NCBI GenBank assembly: GCA_964016885.1
Contig: OZ024740.1
Location: forward strand, 51,584,001 to 51,648,000
Direction of reading: 5' to 3'
DNA: 64,000 bases
Source: Eledone cirrhosa
Lineage: Eukaryota
Notes under the pieces: generated by a model
What the model saw: only the letters and a program-made list of their open reading frames with translations
Told to the model about the DNA's origin: nothing
Database searches by the model: none
Made by a program: the position numbers and the translations under genes
Shown here: piece by piece, positions 63,824 to 64,000 of the stretch
Position numbering within the stretch: the first letter of the stretch is position 1
Layout: every line of letters begins with the position of its first letter

Positions 63824-64000
63824 GGCTAAAGTTAGCTCTACATAAGGAGCAGTGATACTAAGAATAATGAGTTCTAAACTCAAGTATTACACGGCTCAGA
63901 AATACTTCTTTCTTCGAGCTATTTCATTGTAAAGGACTGCTTGAGTTTAGAACTCATTATTCTTAGTATCACTGCTCCTTATGTAGAGCTAACTTTAGCC
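63824..64000. repeat. Perfect inverted repeat (arms of at least 61 bp, 55-bp spacer); runs off the window edge
   Basis: 63824-63884 is the exact reverse complement of 63940-64000. Confidence 0.95.

Overview
AT-rich animal genomic DNA, probably a coleoid cephalopod such as octopus (inferred from a tRNA-derived SINE, RTE LINEs with (GAT)n tails, dense (TA)n tracts and several Penelope-like element (PLE) clades). Positions 1-89 (- strand) are a spliced coding exon of an AA15-type lytic polysaccharide monooxygenase (VQYDINGGKCGVCGDPY...NEVTGKY). I found no upstream His-brace exon, so the rest of the window may be one intron longer than 63 kb. About 771-33685 is a 33 kb satellite of roughly 1,730 19-bp monomers (GTGTGTAACCAATGGTGTY) with kb-scale higher-order structure; the His/Thr-rich ORFs in the track are translations of this repeat. 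About 33.9-64 kb is a nest of retroelements: RTE LINEs (some with a PHD-like finger, one with C2H2 fingers), a CR1-group LINE ending in an RTE-type tail, four coding PLEs, SINEs, and non-coding permuted units resembling retrozymes. Ten hammerhead ribozyme motifs of seven sequence types were found by eye, including U3-A8 core variants and one with a branched stem II. Coordinates were read manually and may be off by a few bases.
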